From the NCBI GenBank assembly GCA_022574655.1, contig JACZRQ010000001.1:6214-70213 (forward strand): a stretch of 64,000 bases of DNA. The letters are read 5' to 3'. The notes beneath the pieces are model-generated. The model saw only the letters and a program-made list of their open reading frames with translations, did not search any database and was not told the DNA's origin. Position numbers and translations under genes: made by a program. Below are positions 17,748 to 30,108 of this stretch, piece by piece. Position 1 is the stretch's first letter. Every line of letters starts with the position of its first letter. Origin of the DNA: Chloroflexota bacterium. Its GTDB lineage: Bacteria; Chloroflexota; Dehalococcoidia; SM23-28-2; RBG-16-64-32.

Positions 17748-18791
17748 ATGACCGAGCCTACTCGTCTGACGGCTCTCGCTTCCTGCGCCGGTTGAGCCGG
17801 TAAAGCAGGGGCGGACGCCCTGGCGCAGGTGCTGCGCCTACTGAACGACTTGAGGCCAGAAGAGGACCCGAACTTGCTGGTCGGTCTCAGCGCGCCCGAC
17901 GACGCCGCCGTCTACCGTCTGAATGACGAGCAAGCGGTGGTGATGACGACCGACTTCTTCGCACCGCTCGTCGACGACCCCTACGACTTCGGCGCCATCT
18001 CCGCGGCGAACGCGATGAGCGACGTCTACGCGATGGGCGGCGAAGTGACGCTAGCACTGAACATCGCGGCGTTCCCCGAGGAGATGGACTCGAAGATCAT
18101 CGCGGCGATCCTGCGCGGGGGCGCCGAGAAGGTGCATGAAGCGGGAGGCATCATCGCCGGCGGACACACCATCATCGACGAGGAACCGAAGTACGGGCTC
18201 GCAGTGCTGGGCCTCGTTCACCCCGGCCAGATCCTGACGAAAGCCGGCGCAAAGGTTGGCGATGCTGTCTTCTTGACGAAGCCATTGGGCACGGGCATCG
18301 TCACGACCGCCGCGATGCGTGATGAAGCCTCGGCAGATGACCTTCGTGCAGCCGTCGAGAGCATGACTCTCCTGAACAGGCACTCCGTTCACCTCGCACG
18401 CGAGTCGGGCGCCCATGCGCTCACCGATGTCACGGGGTTCAGCTTGCTTGGGCACACGTACGAAATCGCCGACGCATCGGGAGTCGAGATTCGCATCACC
18501 ACGGCCGGTCTGCCGACGCTTCCGGGCACCATGGATTACGCGGCGCGCGGAATCCTCACCGGCGGCGCGGCCCGAAACCGAGACTACCTCGAGGGCAAGG
18601 TGCGAGTGGCGGATGACGTGCCAGAAGCGACGGAGCATATCCTGTTCGATCCGCAAACGTCCGGCGGACTGTTGTTTACGGTACCGTCGGACTCAGCCGA
18701 GGACACTGAGAAGAGGTTCGAGGGCTCGAAGGAGCCGATCTGGCGGGTCGGCGAGGTGGTTGAGGGCGAGGGTGTCGAGGTGACGACCTAG
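17748..18791 (+). CDS. selD: selenide, water dikinase (selenophosphate synthetase) with an in-frame UGA selenocysteine codon at 17793..17795
   Basis: The ATG at 17748 is in frame with the annotated ORF at 17829. The upstream translation MTEPTRLTALASCAG-U-AGKAGADALAQVL aligns with the E. coli SelD [24 protein letters not shown], placing the UGA at catalytic Cys17. The rest of the protein is a clear SelD (NLLVG...DDAAVY...TTDFF...DVTGFSLLGH). Confidence 0.8.
17806..17838 (+). promoter_or_regulatory. SECIS-like stem-loops downstream of the selD UGA
   Basis: Hairpin CAGGG-gcggacg-CCCTG begins 11 nt after the UGA. It is followed immediately by a perfect 7-bp stem GGCGCAG-GUG-CUGCGCC with a G/U-containing apical loop about 34 nt after the UGA. 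Confidence 0.5.
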
Positions 18792-18795
18792 GCTG

Positions 18796-19251
18796 CTAGG
18801 CGAGCATCATTCGCATAGACGTCAGCCACTCGACAATCTCCGGATTGTTATTCACGGCGATCCACTGAGTGCATTTTCGGCCGTTCTCTGAAAAGTCATC
18901 GATAGTGCACTTCTCGAAGCCCATGTGACCGAAAAACGGCCCAGCTTCCATAGTGAACAGGTATAGCTCCCGGACACCGTTCGATTTCGCCTCCTCGATC
19001 ACGTTTTGAGTGAGGCGCCGACCCAGCCCGGTGCCACGTAAGGGCTCCGTGACCACAGCCGAGCGAAGAAGGCCAGCGTCGTCGTAGACCTCAAGGCCCA
19101 CGCACCCGACGACCTCGCCCGCGGCTTCAGCTACCCAGAACGTGTCCAAGAAATCCGCCGTCCGGAACAAGGGGAGGTTTACGGTCCTGAGCAGGCCCTC
19201 GATGATCGCTAGATCGTCGGAGCGGGCCGCGCGAATCGCGGGCTCGCTCAC
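18796..19251 (-). CDS. GNAT family N-acetyltransferase
   Basis: 151 aa with a GNAT acetyl-CoA binding motif (RGTGLGRRL). The substrate is unknown. Confidence 0.65.
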   Translation of the reverse strand: MSEPAIRAARSDDLAIIEGLLRTVNLPLFRTADFLDTFWVAEAAGEVVGCVGLEVYDDAGLLRSAVVTEPLRGTGLGRRLTQNVIEEAKSNGVRELYLFTMEAGPFFGHMGFEKCTIDDFSENGRKCTQWIAVNNNPEIVEWLTSMRMMLA

Positions 19252-20225
19252 GCCATCGCCCGGAGGAGTCGTACGCGTTCCTCGACGGGTGGGTGCGTGG
19301 CGAACAGTTTGTTCATGAAGCTCTCGTGCCCCTGCAGAGGCGCAGCGATGTACAGGTGCGCAGTGGCCTTGTTGGCCGCCTCAAGCGGGTCCGGGTCCTT
19401 GGCGATCTTCTCAAGCGCGTCGGCGAGAGCAGCGGGGTTCCGGCAAAGGAGAGCGCCGGAGGAGTCGGCAAGATACTCCCGGCGGCGGGAGAGCGCCATG
19501 CGCATTATGCCGGCGATGATCGGCGAGATGAGCAGAAAGACGATGGCGATTACGAGGAGGATGACGCCTATTCCGCCACCACCTTTGCCGCGGTTGCTGC
19601 GTCGCGCGCCAGCGCCGTACCAGGTAAACCGCAGCATGATGTCCGCGATGAGGGCGGCGATGCCAACTACGACCGCTACGATCGTCATCAGGCGAATGTC
19701 GAGGTTGCCGATGTGCGACATTTCGTGCGCCATTACTGCTTCCAGCTCGCGCTTCTCCAGCTTGTCCAGCAAGCCGCGAGTAACCGCGACATGGGCCCGG
19801 TCCACGTCGCGACCGGTGGCGAGGGCGTTCGGCGCGCCGTCTTCGATCACCCAGACCTTCGGCATCAGCAGCCCGGAGCCGATGCTCAGGTTCTCGACGA
19901 CGCGGTACAGTTCCGGCTCTTCTTCCTTCGTCACTTCGTGAGCTCCAGAAATCGTTAGCACCGCGGTAGGCGCCAGGAAGTACATCATGACGGCGATTGC
20001 GGAGGCGAGGATGGCCGCGGCGATCCCGACGCGAATCGAGGTCTCGAGCAGCTCGGAGTCCTGCACTCCCGCGTAGTAGGAGACGATGACGCCGATGGAA
20101 GTGAACACACCAGCGGCGAGCAGAACGAAGCCCGCCATGATGACAAGCGTGCTGCGCTTGTTGGCGTCTATGCGATCGTATATGAGGATCCGCTCGTGCG
20201 GGGCCTCAGCCATCTGGCTTTGCAA
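19248..20225 (-). CDS. htpX: M48 family zinc metalloprotease HtpX-like
   Basis: It carries the HEMSH zinc motif and TM helices, and lies directly downstream of lemA; the LemA-HtpX pair is a conserved arrangement. Confidence 0.75.
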   Translation of the reverse strand: MQSQMAEAPHERILIYDRIDANKRSTLVIMAGFVLLAAGVFTSIGVIVSYYAGVQDSELLETSIRVGIAAAILASAIAVMMYFLAPTAVLTISGAHEVTKEEEPELYRVVENLSIGSGLLMPKVWVIEDGAPNALATGRDVDRAHVAVTRGLLDKLEKRELEAVMAHEMSHIGNLDIRLMTIVAVVVGIAALIADIMLRFTWYGAGARRSNRGKGGGGIGVILLVIAIVFLLISPIIAGIMRMALSRRREYLADSSGALLCRNPAALADALEKIAKDPDPLEAANKATAHLYIAAPLQGHESFMNKLFATHPPVEERVRLLRAMA

Positions 20226-20240
20226 AGGCTACCGGAACCC

Positions 20241-20822
20241 CTAGTCGCCGACGGCGGCTCCGGCGCTGAAGTCCACCTGCACTTCGGCGCGGCCTTCCTC
20301 GTCGGTCTCGAAGAACTCCTCCGCCTCGAAGCTGAACATGTTGGCGATGAAGACAGACGGCACGACCTGAATGCGGTTGTTGTACGAGAGTACGTTTGCG
20401 TTGAAGAACTGCCGGGCGAAGGCGATCTTCTCCTCGATGTCAGACAGTTCACGCTGGAGCTCCCGGAAGTTGTCGGCAGCCTTCAGCTCCGGGTAGTTCT
20501 CAACCACAGCGAACAGGTGCCTGAGCGCCCCGGTGAGCATGTTGTTGGCAACGGCCGCCTCCGCCGCGCCGTTCGCGTTCTCCAGTTGTGAACGGGCCTT
20601 CGTGACCTCTTCGAACGTCTCACGTTCGTGTTCGGCGTAACCGCGGACCGTCTCGACGAGGTTCGGGATCAGACTCGCCCGTCTGCGCAGCTGCACATCA
20701 ATGCCCGACCAGGCCTCCTTAACGCGGTTACGCGAGCGGATGAGGCGGTTGTACATACCGGCCAGGAAAAATACGAGGAGCGCGACGATACCCACTACCA
20801 CCGCAAGAACAATGATTTCCAT
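20241..20822 (-). CDS. lemA: LemA family protein
   Basis: 193 aa with an N-terminal TM helix and the typical LemA sequence ([25 protein letters not shown]). Confidence 0.8.
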   Translation of the reverse strand: MEIIVLAVVVGIVALLVFFLAGMYNRLIRSRNRVKEAWSGIDVQLRRRASLIPNLVETVRGYAEHERETFEEVTKARSQLENANGAAEAAVANNMLTGALRHLFAVVENYPELKAADNFRELQRELSDIEEKIAFARQFFNANVLSYNNRIQVVPSVFIANMFSFEAEEFFETDEEGRAEVQVDFSAGAAVGD

Positions 20823-20963
20823 TCAGTCCTCCTTCGCCGCCCTATGCGTTGACGGCAGAGACCGTGTCTGCCCACCGAAAGAACGCACGAATGCGAACTC
20901 GGGTTGCTTGAGATCAACCACAGATCGTCCCTATTATCGGACGCCTGATATCATTGGCGCATT

Positions 20964-21476
20964 ATGCCGATGCGAGTGCGAGATTTCATGCCTCTGGTAC
21001 GCGACCAAGTGATAGCGCGCCTCCCGAAAGACCTCCGCGACATGAACCACCGCATTCGCTCGGTATGGCTGCAGCTCCACTATCATAGTCCGAAAGTCCA
21101 TTACGAGGTCTGGCTGGCACGGAAGAACGAGCGCATCGAGATCGGTCTGCATTTCGAGGGACCGAAGGAGTTCTCGTATCTCTGGGCGGAGCGCATCGCC
21201 CCGTATATGCCGGAGATACAGGCTCGTCTCGGGTCTGCGGTAGAACTCGAGGAGTGGACGTCGTCGTGGACGCGTCTTCACCAGACGCTTCCGTACGATC
21301 CGCTGAATGAGCCGCTGGCGGAAGAGGTCGCCGCACGGCTGGCGGACACGATAGTCACGCTTCAGCCGATCGTGGAGCGGGAGCGGAAGAACATACCGTC
21401 AGAGCTGGAGAACGCTGCTGACCCGAACGCCGGGAAGGCCAGGCGTCGGTTTGGCGGACGCCACCACCGGCGTTAG
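20964..21476 (+). CDS. hypothetical protein
   Basis: 170-aa ORF with coding-like GC3 bias and varied composition. It is convergent with the ROK kinase gene and has no recognisable family. Confidence 0.4.
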   Translation: MPMRVRDFMPLVRDQVIARLPKDLRDMNHRIRSVWLQLHYHSPKVHYEVWLARKNERIEIGLHFEGPKEFSYLWAERIAPYMPEIQARLGSAVELEEWTSSWTRLHQTLPYDPLNEPLAEEVAARLADTIVTLQPIVERERKNIPSELENAADPNAGKARRRFGGRHHRR

Positions 21477-21485
21477 CGGCACAGG

Positions 21486-22463
21486 CTAATCGCCGTCTTC
21501 AACCGCGGCTTTGAGGCGAGCGATCATGCCGAGAGTGCCGGCCCGGTCCTGAAGCTGGCCCAGCTTCACGGTCACATCGGCTAGCGGCGCCCTCATCGCC
21601 TTTCGCTTCATGGTCGCGACCGCCTGGTCCATGAACATCTCACCGGACTGAGAGACGCCGCCTCCGATCACGATCACACTGGGGTTGAAGATGTTGACGT
21701 AGCTGGCCAGAGCTACGCCAAGATACATTCCCACCCGGTCGGCATACTCAGCGACAGCTTCGTCACCCGCCTTCACCGCCCTGTTCATCATCTCCGCAGT
21801 TACCGCGCCTTCCGCGTCCCTCAGCTTCGTCAACTCAGGAGCCTTGCCCGCGTCGATCAACCTCTCGCCTTCCTTGGCTATCGCGGTGCCGGATATTAGC
21901 GATTCGAGGCAGCCGTTGCCTCCGCAGCCACACGGCGGACCGTCGTAGTCGATGATCATGTGGCCCAGCTCACCAGCCGCTCCTCGCGTACCGCGGTAGA
22001 GGTCGCCGTCGATGATGATGCCGCCGCCGACGCCGGTGCTGACCGTCATGTAGAGCATGTTCTTCGCGCCCTTGCCTGCGCCGAAGCGGTTTTCGCCAAG
22101 TGCGGCGGCGTTGGCATCGTTTTCGAGCCAGACCGGAACGCCCAGACGTTTAGACATTATCTCAACGATCGGCACGTCCCTCCAACCCGGCAGTTGTGGC
22201 GCTTCGGGAACTACTCCGTTGTAGGCATCGACGGCGCCTGGTGAGGCGATTCCCAAGCCCTTGATGTCCGCGGTGTTGACACCCGCGGCCACACACGCCG
22301 CTTCCAGGCAGGCGACCATTGTGTCCGTGGTTGCGGCGAGACCCTCGCTCGCTCGAGAGAGGCGAATGTCTTCGCCGTAGATTTGTCCGTCGAGATCCGC
22401 AACGATGGCGCGGACCTTGGTACCGCCGAGATCAATCGCCGCATAGCGCTCCGATCTGCTCAA
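21486..22463 (-). CDS. ROK family sugar kinase (glucokinase-like)
   Basis: The N-terminus is AIDLGGTKVR and it carries the ROK Cys/His zinc motif (CGCGGNGCLE). Confidence 0.8.
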   Translation of the reverse strand: MSRSERYAAIDLGGTKVRAIVADLDGQIYGEDIRLSRASEGLAATTDTMVACLEAACVAAGVNTADIKGLGIASPGAVDAYNGVVPEAPQLPGWRDVPIVEIMSKRLGVPVWLENDANAAALGENRFGAGKGAKNMLYMTVSTGVGGGIIIDGDLYRGTRGAAGELGHMIIDYDGPPCGCGGNGCLESLISGTAIAKEGERLIDAGKAPELTKLRDAEGAVTAEMMNRAVKAGDEAVAEYADRVGMYLGVALASYVNIFNPSVIVIGGGVSQSGEMFMDQAVATMKRKAMRAPLADVTVKLGQLQDRAGTLGMIARLKAAVEDGD

Positions 22464-22852
22464 GCGACGGCCGTTGCGTCCATCTCGACCATGAGGCCCG
22501 GGAACGCCAACCTACTGACGCCGATCAAGGTCTGCGCAGACTTTGCTCCGGCAAGCCGCCCGGCGACGGATGGGTACGCCTGGAACGCCGCATCGATGTC
22601 AGTGACGTAGATGGTGAGCTTGACGACGTTTTCGAGCGCCATCTCTGCGCCACCCAGGACAGCTCCCAGGTTGTCCAGAGCCTTGCCCAGTTGCGCCGCC
22701 ATGTCGTTGGCGTGGACCACCGATCCGTTCTCGTCCACGGACACCTGGCCCGAGCAATACAGCACTTTCTCCGCGCCGCTCACCAGGTTCGCTTGCACGA
22801 ACCCGAACTGGTCCTGCCACTTCCAGGGATTCACGGCCTGACGTTCCATCAT
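22460..22852 (-). CDS. ridA: RidA/YjgF family reactive-intermediate deaminase
   Basis: 130 aa with a YjgF/chorismate-mutase-like signature (VKLTIYVTDI). Confidence 0.75.
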   Translation of the reverse strand: MMERQAVNPWKWQDQFGFVQANLVSGAEKVLYCSGQVSVDENGSVVHANDMAAQLGKALDNLGAVLGGAEMALENVVKLTIYVTDIDAAFQAYPSVAGRLAGAKSAQTLIGVSRLAFPGLMVEMDATAVA

Positions 22853-22926
22853 TCTCCTTTCGCCGAAGCGGAAATGAACAGTCGCCCTTCGTACGAAGGG
22901 CGACTTATCGATTGGGTTCTCGTTGC

Positions 22927-23370
22927 TTAGACTTCTTGCGGCCAGATGGTGTGGCAGTTCTCGCCCGTTATCGCGTTTACGACCGCAACTCTCTCCAGGC
23001 CGGACAGGCGCGCCATCGCGGTGTCCATGACCTTGGCCGACTCCCCGTGCTCCACGGCACCGACTCGCTCACGTATCCGATCGGCGATCCCGGACTCCTG
23101 GAAGAAGTTGATCGAGTGAGGCCAGACGAAGAACGTGAAACGCTCCGGCGCGCTGAAGGCGGGCCTGCGCTTGCCGAGCCAGAAGAAGCGCTCTTCAACC
23201 GTTGCTACGGGCCCCACTACCTCAGCCATCGCAATCTCAGATTCGGTTGAGCGCGTATCGACGATGAACCGCTCCGGGAAGAGCCGGAATCCGACGGTGA
23301 ACACATCACAATCGTCGACGACTCTGCGTAGTTCCTCGAGGTCGATCAAGACACCGTTTTCAGTAAACAT
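22927..23370 (-). CDS. hypothetical protein
   Basis: 147-aa ORF on the same strand, between ridA and groEL. It has coding-like composition and no family recognised. Confidence 0.4.
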   Translation of the reverse strand: MFTENGVLIDLEELRRVVDDCDVFTVGFRLFPERFIVDTRSTESEIAMAEVVGPVATVEERFFWLGKRRPAFSAPERFTFFVWPHSINFFQESGIADRIRERVGAVEHGESAKVMDTAMARLSGLERVAVVNAITGENCHTIWPQEV

Positions 23371-23455
23371 AGCTCAACCCCTTACGTTCTGTGCGGTACG
23401 ACCGGCTATTCGATTATACGACGTGGGACGCCAAGGCGTCGCTTCGCGCACGGCT

Positions 23456-25084
<1,629 letters not shown>

Positions 25085-25128
25085 TTACATACTCCTCCGG
25101 AATAGTTTTTGTGGACTGTGAGAGAGCG

Positions 25129-25155
25129 TTAGCACTCGAAAGGGCGGAGTGCTAA
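25129..25155. promoter_or_regulatory. CIRCE (HrcA operator) inverted repeat upstream of groEL
   Basis: TTAGCACTC-gaaagggcg-GAGTGCTAA is a perfect match to the CIRCE consensus TTAGCACTC-N9-GAGTGCTAA, lying 45 nt upstream of the groEL start. Confidence 0.9.
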
Positions 25156-25160
25156 CAGTA

Positions 25161-25189
25161 TTTTTAGCGCATCTGATCCCTGTACGCAA
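25161..25189 (-). promoter_or_regulatory. candidate sigma-A type promoter of groEL (TTGCGT-N17-TAAAAA)
   Basis: On the minus strand, -35 TTGCGT (25189..25184) and -10 TAAAAA (25166..25161) are separated by a 17-nt spacer. The predicted TSS falls within CIRCE. Confidence 0.35.
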
Positions 25190-25262
25190 GCCCTCGGGAG
25201 CTCGACTCCAAAGATTGTCCCCACAGGTACCCCGATTAAGCAGCAAAATTGTTCGTTAATCG

Positions 25263-25291
25263 TTGACAACCGTCAGTTTCGATGCTAGAAT
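25263..25291 (+). promoter_or_regulatory. near-consensus sigma-70 promoter upstream of gltB (TTGACA-N17-TAGAAT)
   Basis: TTGACA at 25263..25268, a 17-nt spacer, and TAGAAT at 25286..25291, about 260 nt upstream of the gltB start. Confidence 0.45.
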
Positions 25292-25554
25292 TCACGCACT
25301 ATTGAAGTCGTCTATAGCGACGGCTCTTCCTTACCCGCGAGACCTATTATGGACAGCCTTCAATTGTTTGGATATACTGCTCTCACATTTTCGCGGGACC
25401 GTGCGGCCGCAATCATGAGACGACGATACATTGCGAATTCAGCCGTTCGAAGCCCCCGTCTAGAACACGGAGGGTTCCTTCACCGCGCACGCCTAATCGC
25501 CGAAAACACGTTAAGCTGAATTCATCGGCTTTACGATAGGCTACGAGGGTCACC

Positions 25555-28500
25555 ATGCAAGAGCCGCACACTCCCACTGCACAAGGTCTATACGATCCCA
25601 GCTTCGAGCACGATAGCTGCGGGGTCGGCTTCATCGTCCATCTCAAGGGCGGGCCGTCCCACAAGATCGTCCGAGATGGTATTGCCGCCCTCGAAAACCT
25701 CTATCATCGCGGCGCCTGCGGTTGTGAGCCCAACACCGGAGATGGCGCAGGCGTTCTTATCCAGATCCCACACGAGTTCCTGACCGAGGAGTGCTCAAAG
25801 CTCGGTATAGCGCTGCCGGACGTTGGCGAGTATGGGGTCGGCACACTGTTTCTTCCGAAGGATGAAGCGGTCCGCGATGAGGTGTTCGGTATCTTCAACA
25901 GGATCGTTGAAGAAGAGGGACAGCTCGCCCTGGGCTGGCGTCGTGTCCCAACGAACAACGAAGACCTCGGCGACTCGGCGCTGGCGTCGGAGCCCTGGAT
26001 GTACCAGGCTCTCGTTGGCCGCGGGTCGGACGATGTGGACGAGGCGGAGCTGGAACGCAGGCTATACGTAATTCGCAAGCGGTTCGAGCACGCCGTCAAG
26101 CGTACCGACATTCCCGCGTCCGATTCGGTGTACTTTGCCAGCCTCTCCTGCCAGCGGCTCGTTTACAAGGGGATGCTCACGGCGCTACAGGTCAACGGAT
26201 ACTTCCCGGACCTCTCGAACCCACTGACGAAGAGCCAGCTCTGCATGTTCCACTCTCGCTTCAGCACTAATACTTTCCCGAGCTGGCGTCTCGCCCATCC
26301 CTACCGGATGATCTCACACAACGGCGAGATCAACACGCTGCGCGGTAACAATAGCTGGATGCGAGCGCGTGAGGCGCTGATCGAGTCGCCTTTGTTCGAC
26401 GACATCAGCAAGACGTTCCCGATAATCGACGAGACCGGAAGCGACACAGCCTGCTTCGACAACGCGCTAGAGCTGCTCACCCTGGCGGGCCGGCCAATCC
26501 ACGAGGCCGTGATGATGATGATCCCGGAGCCGTGGGACGGCCACGAATCGATGAGCCAGGAGAAGAAGGATCTGTACGAGTTCCAGAGCTGCCTCATGGA
26601 GCCGTGGGACGGCCCGGCCTCGATCGCCTTCACCGATGGCAAGCGAATCGGTGCTGTGCTCGACCGTAACGGTCTCCGTCCATCTCGCTATTACGTGACG
26701 AAGGACGGCTACGTGATCATGGCGTCGGAAGTTGGCGTGCTCCCGGTGGAACCCGAGAACATCCTCTATAAGGGTCGCCTGCAACCGGGCCGCATGTTCC
26801 TGATCGACCTCGAAGAGGGCCGCATCGTGGACGATGCGGAGCTAAAGAGCACGATGTCGACGCTGCACCCTTACGGGGAGTGGCTAGAAGAGCACCTGCG
26901 CACGTTCGACAGCCTGCCGAGCGCGGAGCCCGCTGACCGCATCTCCGGAGACGAACTCCTCGAGCAGCAGATGGCGTTCGGCTACACGGTGGAGGACCTC
27001 AAGTACATAGTCGGCCCGATGACTGCGACGGCGCAGGAGGCGCTCGGTTCGATGGGCACCGACACGCCGCTGGCAGTGCTGTCTGACAAGCCTCAACCGC
27101 TTCATTATTACTTCAAGCAACTCTTCGCCCAGGTGACGAATCCACCACTGGACGCTATTCGCGAGGAGATCGTCACCTCAGTCCGCACGCTAATCGGGCC
27201 CGAGGGCAACCTCCTGGACCCGCAGCCCGAGAGCTGTGCCATGATGAGTCTCAATTCGCCGTTCATCAGCAATGAAGAGCTCGCGAAGTTCAAGGCGCTG
27301 GACGACGACGCACTGCGGACGAAAGTGCTGTCGATGCTCTTCGATCCGAATAACGGTTCCCGCTCGCTCGAGACCGCTTTGGACGACCTGTACCAGCAGG
27401 CGGACGAAGCGATCGAAGAGGGAGCAACGATCCTCATCCTCTCCGATCGAGGCGTAGACGAGAATCAGGCGCCGATGCCGTCGCTGCTGGCGGTCGCCGG
27501 GTTGCACAACCACTTGGTCCGTAACCGGACGCGAACTCAGACCGGACTCATCGTCGAAGCCGGGGATGCTCGTGAGGCGCACCACTTCTCTCTGCTCATC
27601 GGCTACGGCGCGGGCGCGATCAACCCGTACCTGGCCATCGACTCGCTCAAGCAGATGATCGACGACGGCATCATCGATGTCGAGTTGGACTACGAGGAGG
27701 CGGTGGCGCGCTACTTGAAGGCGATCAAGAAAGGCGTCGTCAAGGTGATGTCCAAGATGGGCATCTCCACGATCCAGAGCTATCGCGCCGCGCAGATTTT
27801 CGAGGCGATCGGTCTCAACCAGGAGTTCATCGACAAGTACTTCACGTTCACAACTTCACGGATCGGCGGCATCGGTGCGGAAGAGATTGCGCTTGACACG
27901 GCGCATCACCATCGCCGGGCCTATCCAGACCGCGATGGGGGACTCAAGGAGCTAGTCTGGGGCGGTCAGTACCAGTGGCGCCGAGACGGCGAGTATCATC
28001 TGTTCAATCCCGAGACCGTGTTCCGGCTGCAGCACTCTACCCAGACGGGCCGATACGACATCTTCCGCGAATACACGAAGATGGTCGACGACCAGAGCGA
28101 GCGTATGTGTACGCTACGAAGCTTGTTCGAGATCAAGTCTGACCGTGAACCGATTCCGATAGAAGAAGTAGAGCCCGTTGAGGATATGTTCCGGAGGTTC
28201 GCCACCGGTGCCATGTCGTTCGGTTCGATCGGCGCGGAGGCGCACGAAACGCTGGCGATTGCGATGAATCGCATCGGCGGCAAGAGCAATACCGGGGAGG
28301 GCGGCGAGGATCGCCGCCGCTACACACCGGACCCGAACGGCGACCTGCGCCGCAGCGCTATCAAGCAGGTGGCGTCAGGCCGCTTCGGCGTGACGAGCGA
28401 GTACCTCGTAAACGCCGACGAGCTGCAGATTAAGATCGCTCAGGGCGCCAAGCCTGGAGAGGGCGGGCAGCTTCCCGGACACAAGGTCTACCCGTGGATC

Positions 28501-30108
28501 GCCGATGTGCGCTACTCGACGCCCGGCGTCGGTCTCATCAGCCCACCGCCTCACCACGACATCTACTCGATCGAGGACCTGGCGCAGCTCATCCATGACC
28601 TGAAGAACTCGAACCCACGTGCCCGGATCAACGTGAAGCTCGTCGCGGAAGTCGGCGTCGGCACCGTGGCGGCGGGAGTAGCGAAGGCCAAGTCCGACGT
28701 GGTGCTAATCAGCGGCCACGACGGCGGCACGGGCGCGAGCCCGCTGACGTCGATCAAGCACGCCGGCATCCCCTGGGAGCTGGGCCTCGCGGAGACCCAG
28801 CAGACGCTGGTCCTGCAGAAGTTGCGCGACCGCATCGTCGTGCAGACGGACGGGCAGCTGAAAACCGGGCGTGACGTGCTGATCGCGGCTCTTCTCGGCG
28901 CAGAGGAGTACGGCTTCGCGACGGCGCCCCTCGTCGTTATGGGCTGCATCATGATGCGCGTCTGTCATCTCGACACGTGCCCGGTGGGCATCGCGACGCA
29001 GAACCCGAAACTGCGCGAGAAGTTCGAAGGAAAAGCCGAGCACGTCATCAACTTCTTCAAGTTCGTCGCGGAGGAGATCCGCGAGTACCTTGCGGAGATA
29101 GGATACCGCTCGATCGACGAGATCATCGGTCGTAGCGACCTGCTAGACATGCAACGTGCCATCGTGCACTGGAAAGCAAAGGGGCTCGATCTCTCCGCGA
29201 TCCTGTATCGGCCTGACGTGGGACCGGAAGTCGCCACTCGCTGCATCACGACGCAAGACCACGGCCTCGAGAAAGCGCTCGACCAGGAGCTACTGAAGCT
29301 AGCGGCCCCGGCCCTCGAAAAAGGCGAAAAGGTGACGATTGAGATGCCGATCCGCAACATCAACCGTACGGTGGGTACGATCCTCGGTAGCGAATTGACT
29401 CGGAAGTACGGCTTCGACGGACTGCCGGACGATACGATTACGATTAGGTTCACAGGCTCTGCCGGCCAGAGCTTCGGCGCGTTTGTGCCACGAGGCATGA
29501 CGCTCTGGCTGGAGGGCGATGCCAACGACTACTTTGGGAAGGGGCTCTCCGGCGGCAGGATCATCGTGTACCCGCCGAAGAGTTCGACGTTCGTACCGGA
29601 AGAGAACATCCTCATCGGCAACGTCGCGCTTTACGGCGCGACAGCGGGCAGCATGTTCGTCCATGGTGTTGCCGGCGAGCGGTTCTGCGTCAGAAACAGC
29701 GGAGCGATCGCTGTCGTCGAGGGGATAGGCGACCACGGCTGCGAGTACATGACCGGCGGCCGCGTGGTGGTTATCGGACCCACGGGACGCAACTTCGCTG
29801 CCGGGATGAGCGGCGGAATCGCTTACGTTTACGACGAAGACGGTGACTTCGTCATTCGCTGCAACCAGGAGATGGTCGATCTCGAAAAGCTCGACGAGGA
29901 AGACATGGAGCTCGTTCGCGGGCTCATGGAGCGGCACGCCGAATACACGGGCAGCGAGGTTGCGAAGAAACTACTCGCTCAGTGGCCGAAGGTGGCCGAG
30001 AAGTTCGTGAAGATCATGCCACGAGACTTCAAGCGAGTGCTCCAAGAACAGGCTGAGGCCGCGAGCAAGGAAAGCGGAGAAGAGAAGGTTGGCGTGGCCG
30101 GTGGGTAA
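25555..30108 (+). CDS. gltB: glutamate synthase large subunit
   Basis: 1517 aa. The N-terminal amidotransferase nucleophile region is [17 protein letters not shown], with FMN/FeS central and GXGXXG C-terminal domains. Confidence 0.95.
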   Translation: MQEPHTPTAQGLYDPSFEHDSCGVGFIVHLKGGPSHKIVRDGIAALENLYHRGACGCEPNTGDGAGVLIQIPHEFLTEECSKLGIALPDVGEYGVGTLFLPKDEAVRDEVFGIFNRIVEEEGQLALGWRRVPTNNEDLGDSALASEPWMYQALVGRGSDDVDEAELERRLYVIRKRFEHAVKRTDIPASDSVYFASLSCQRLVYKGMLTALQVNGYFPDLSNPLTKSQLCMFHSRFSTNTFPSWRLAHPYRMISHNGEINTLRGNNSWMRAREALIESPLFDDISKTFPIIDETGSDTACFDNALELLTLAGRPIHEAVMMMIPEPWDGHESMSQEKKDLYEFQSCLMEPWDGPASIAFTDGKRIGAVLDRNGLRPSRYYVTKDGYVIMASEVGVLPVEPENILYKGRLQPGRMFLIDLEEGRIVDDAELKSTMSTLHPYGEWLEEHLRTFDSLPSAEPADRISGDELLEQQMAFGYTVEDLKYIVGPMTATAQEALGSMGTDTPLAVLSDKPQPLHYYFKQLFAQVTNPPLDAIREEIVTSVRTLIGPEGNLLDPQPESCAMMSLNSPFISNEELAKFKALDDDALRTKVLSMLFDPNNGSRSLETALDDLYQQADEAIEEGATILILSDRGVDENQAPMPSLLAVAGLHNHLVRNRTRTQTGLIVEAGDAREAHHFSLLIGYGAGAINPYLAIDSLKQMIDDGIIDVELDYEEAVARYLKAIKKGVVKVMSKMGISTIQSYRAAQIFEAIGLNQEFIDKYFTFTTSRIGGIGAEEIALDTAHHHRRAYPDRDGGLKELVWGGQYQWRRDGEYHLFNPETVFRLQHSTQTGRYDIFREYTKMVDDQSERMCTLRSLFEIKSDREPIPIEEVEPVEDMFRRFATGAMSFGSIGAEAHETLAIAMNRIGGKSNTGEGGEDRRRYTPDPNGDLRRSAIKQVASGRFGVTSEYLVNADELQIKIAQGAKPGEGGQLPGHKVYPWIADVRYSTPGVGLISPPPHHDIYSIEDLAQLIHDLKNSNPRARINVKLVAEVGVGTVAAGVAKAKSDVVLISGHDGGTGASPLTSIKHAGIPWELGLAETQQTLVLQKLRDRIVVQTDGQLKTGRDVLIAALLGAEEYGFATAPLVVMGCIMMRVCHLDTCPVGIATQNPKLREKFEGKAEHVINFFKFVAEEIREYLAEIGYRSIDEIIGRSDLLDMQRAIVHWKAKGLDLSAILYRPDVGPEVATRCITTQDHGLEKALDQELLKLAAPALEKGEKVTIEMPIRNINRTVGTILGSELTRKYGFDGLPDDTITIRFTGSAGQSFGAFVPRGMTLWLEGDANDYFGKGLSGGRIIVYPPKSSTFVPEENILIGNVALYGATAGSMFVHGVAGERFCVRNSGAIAVVEGIGDHGCEYMTGGRVVVIGPTGRNFAAGMSGGIAYVYDEDGDFVIRCNQEMVDLEKLDEEDMELVRGLMERHAEYTGSEVAKKLLAQWPKVAEKFVKIMPRDFKRVLQEQAEAASKESGEEKVGVAGG

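Noticed and set aside
25085-25554. Possible groES in the 470-bp gap upstream of groEL
   Set aside because: No ORF there has GroES-like sequence (about 95 aa, with a mobile loop and a GxxVxxGDxV-type pattern). The region instead contains CIRCE and promoter-like elements.
25413-25664. 83-aa minus-strand ORF spanning the gltB start
   Set aside because: It overlaps the gltB start and promoter region, has no RBS or conservation cues, and is unlikely to be real.
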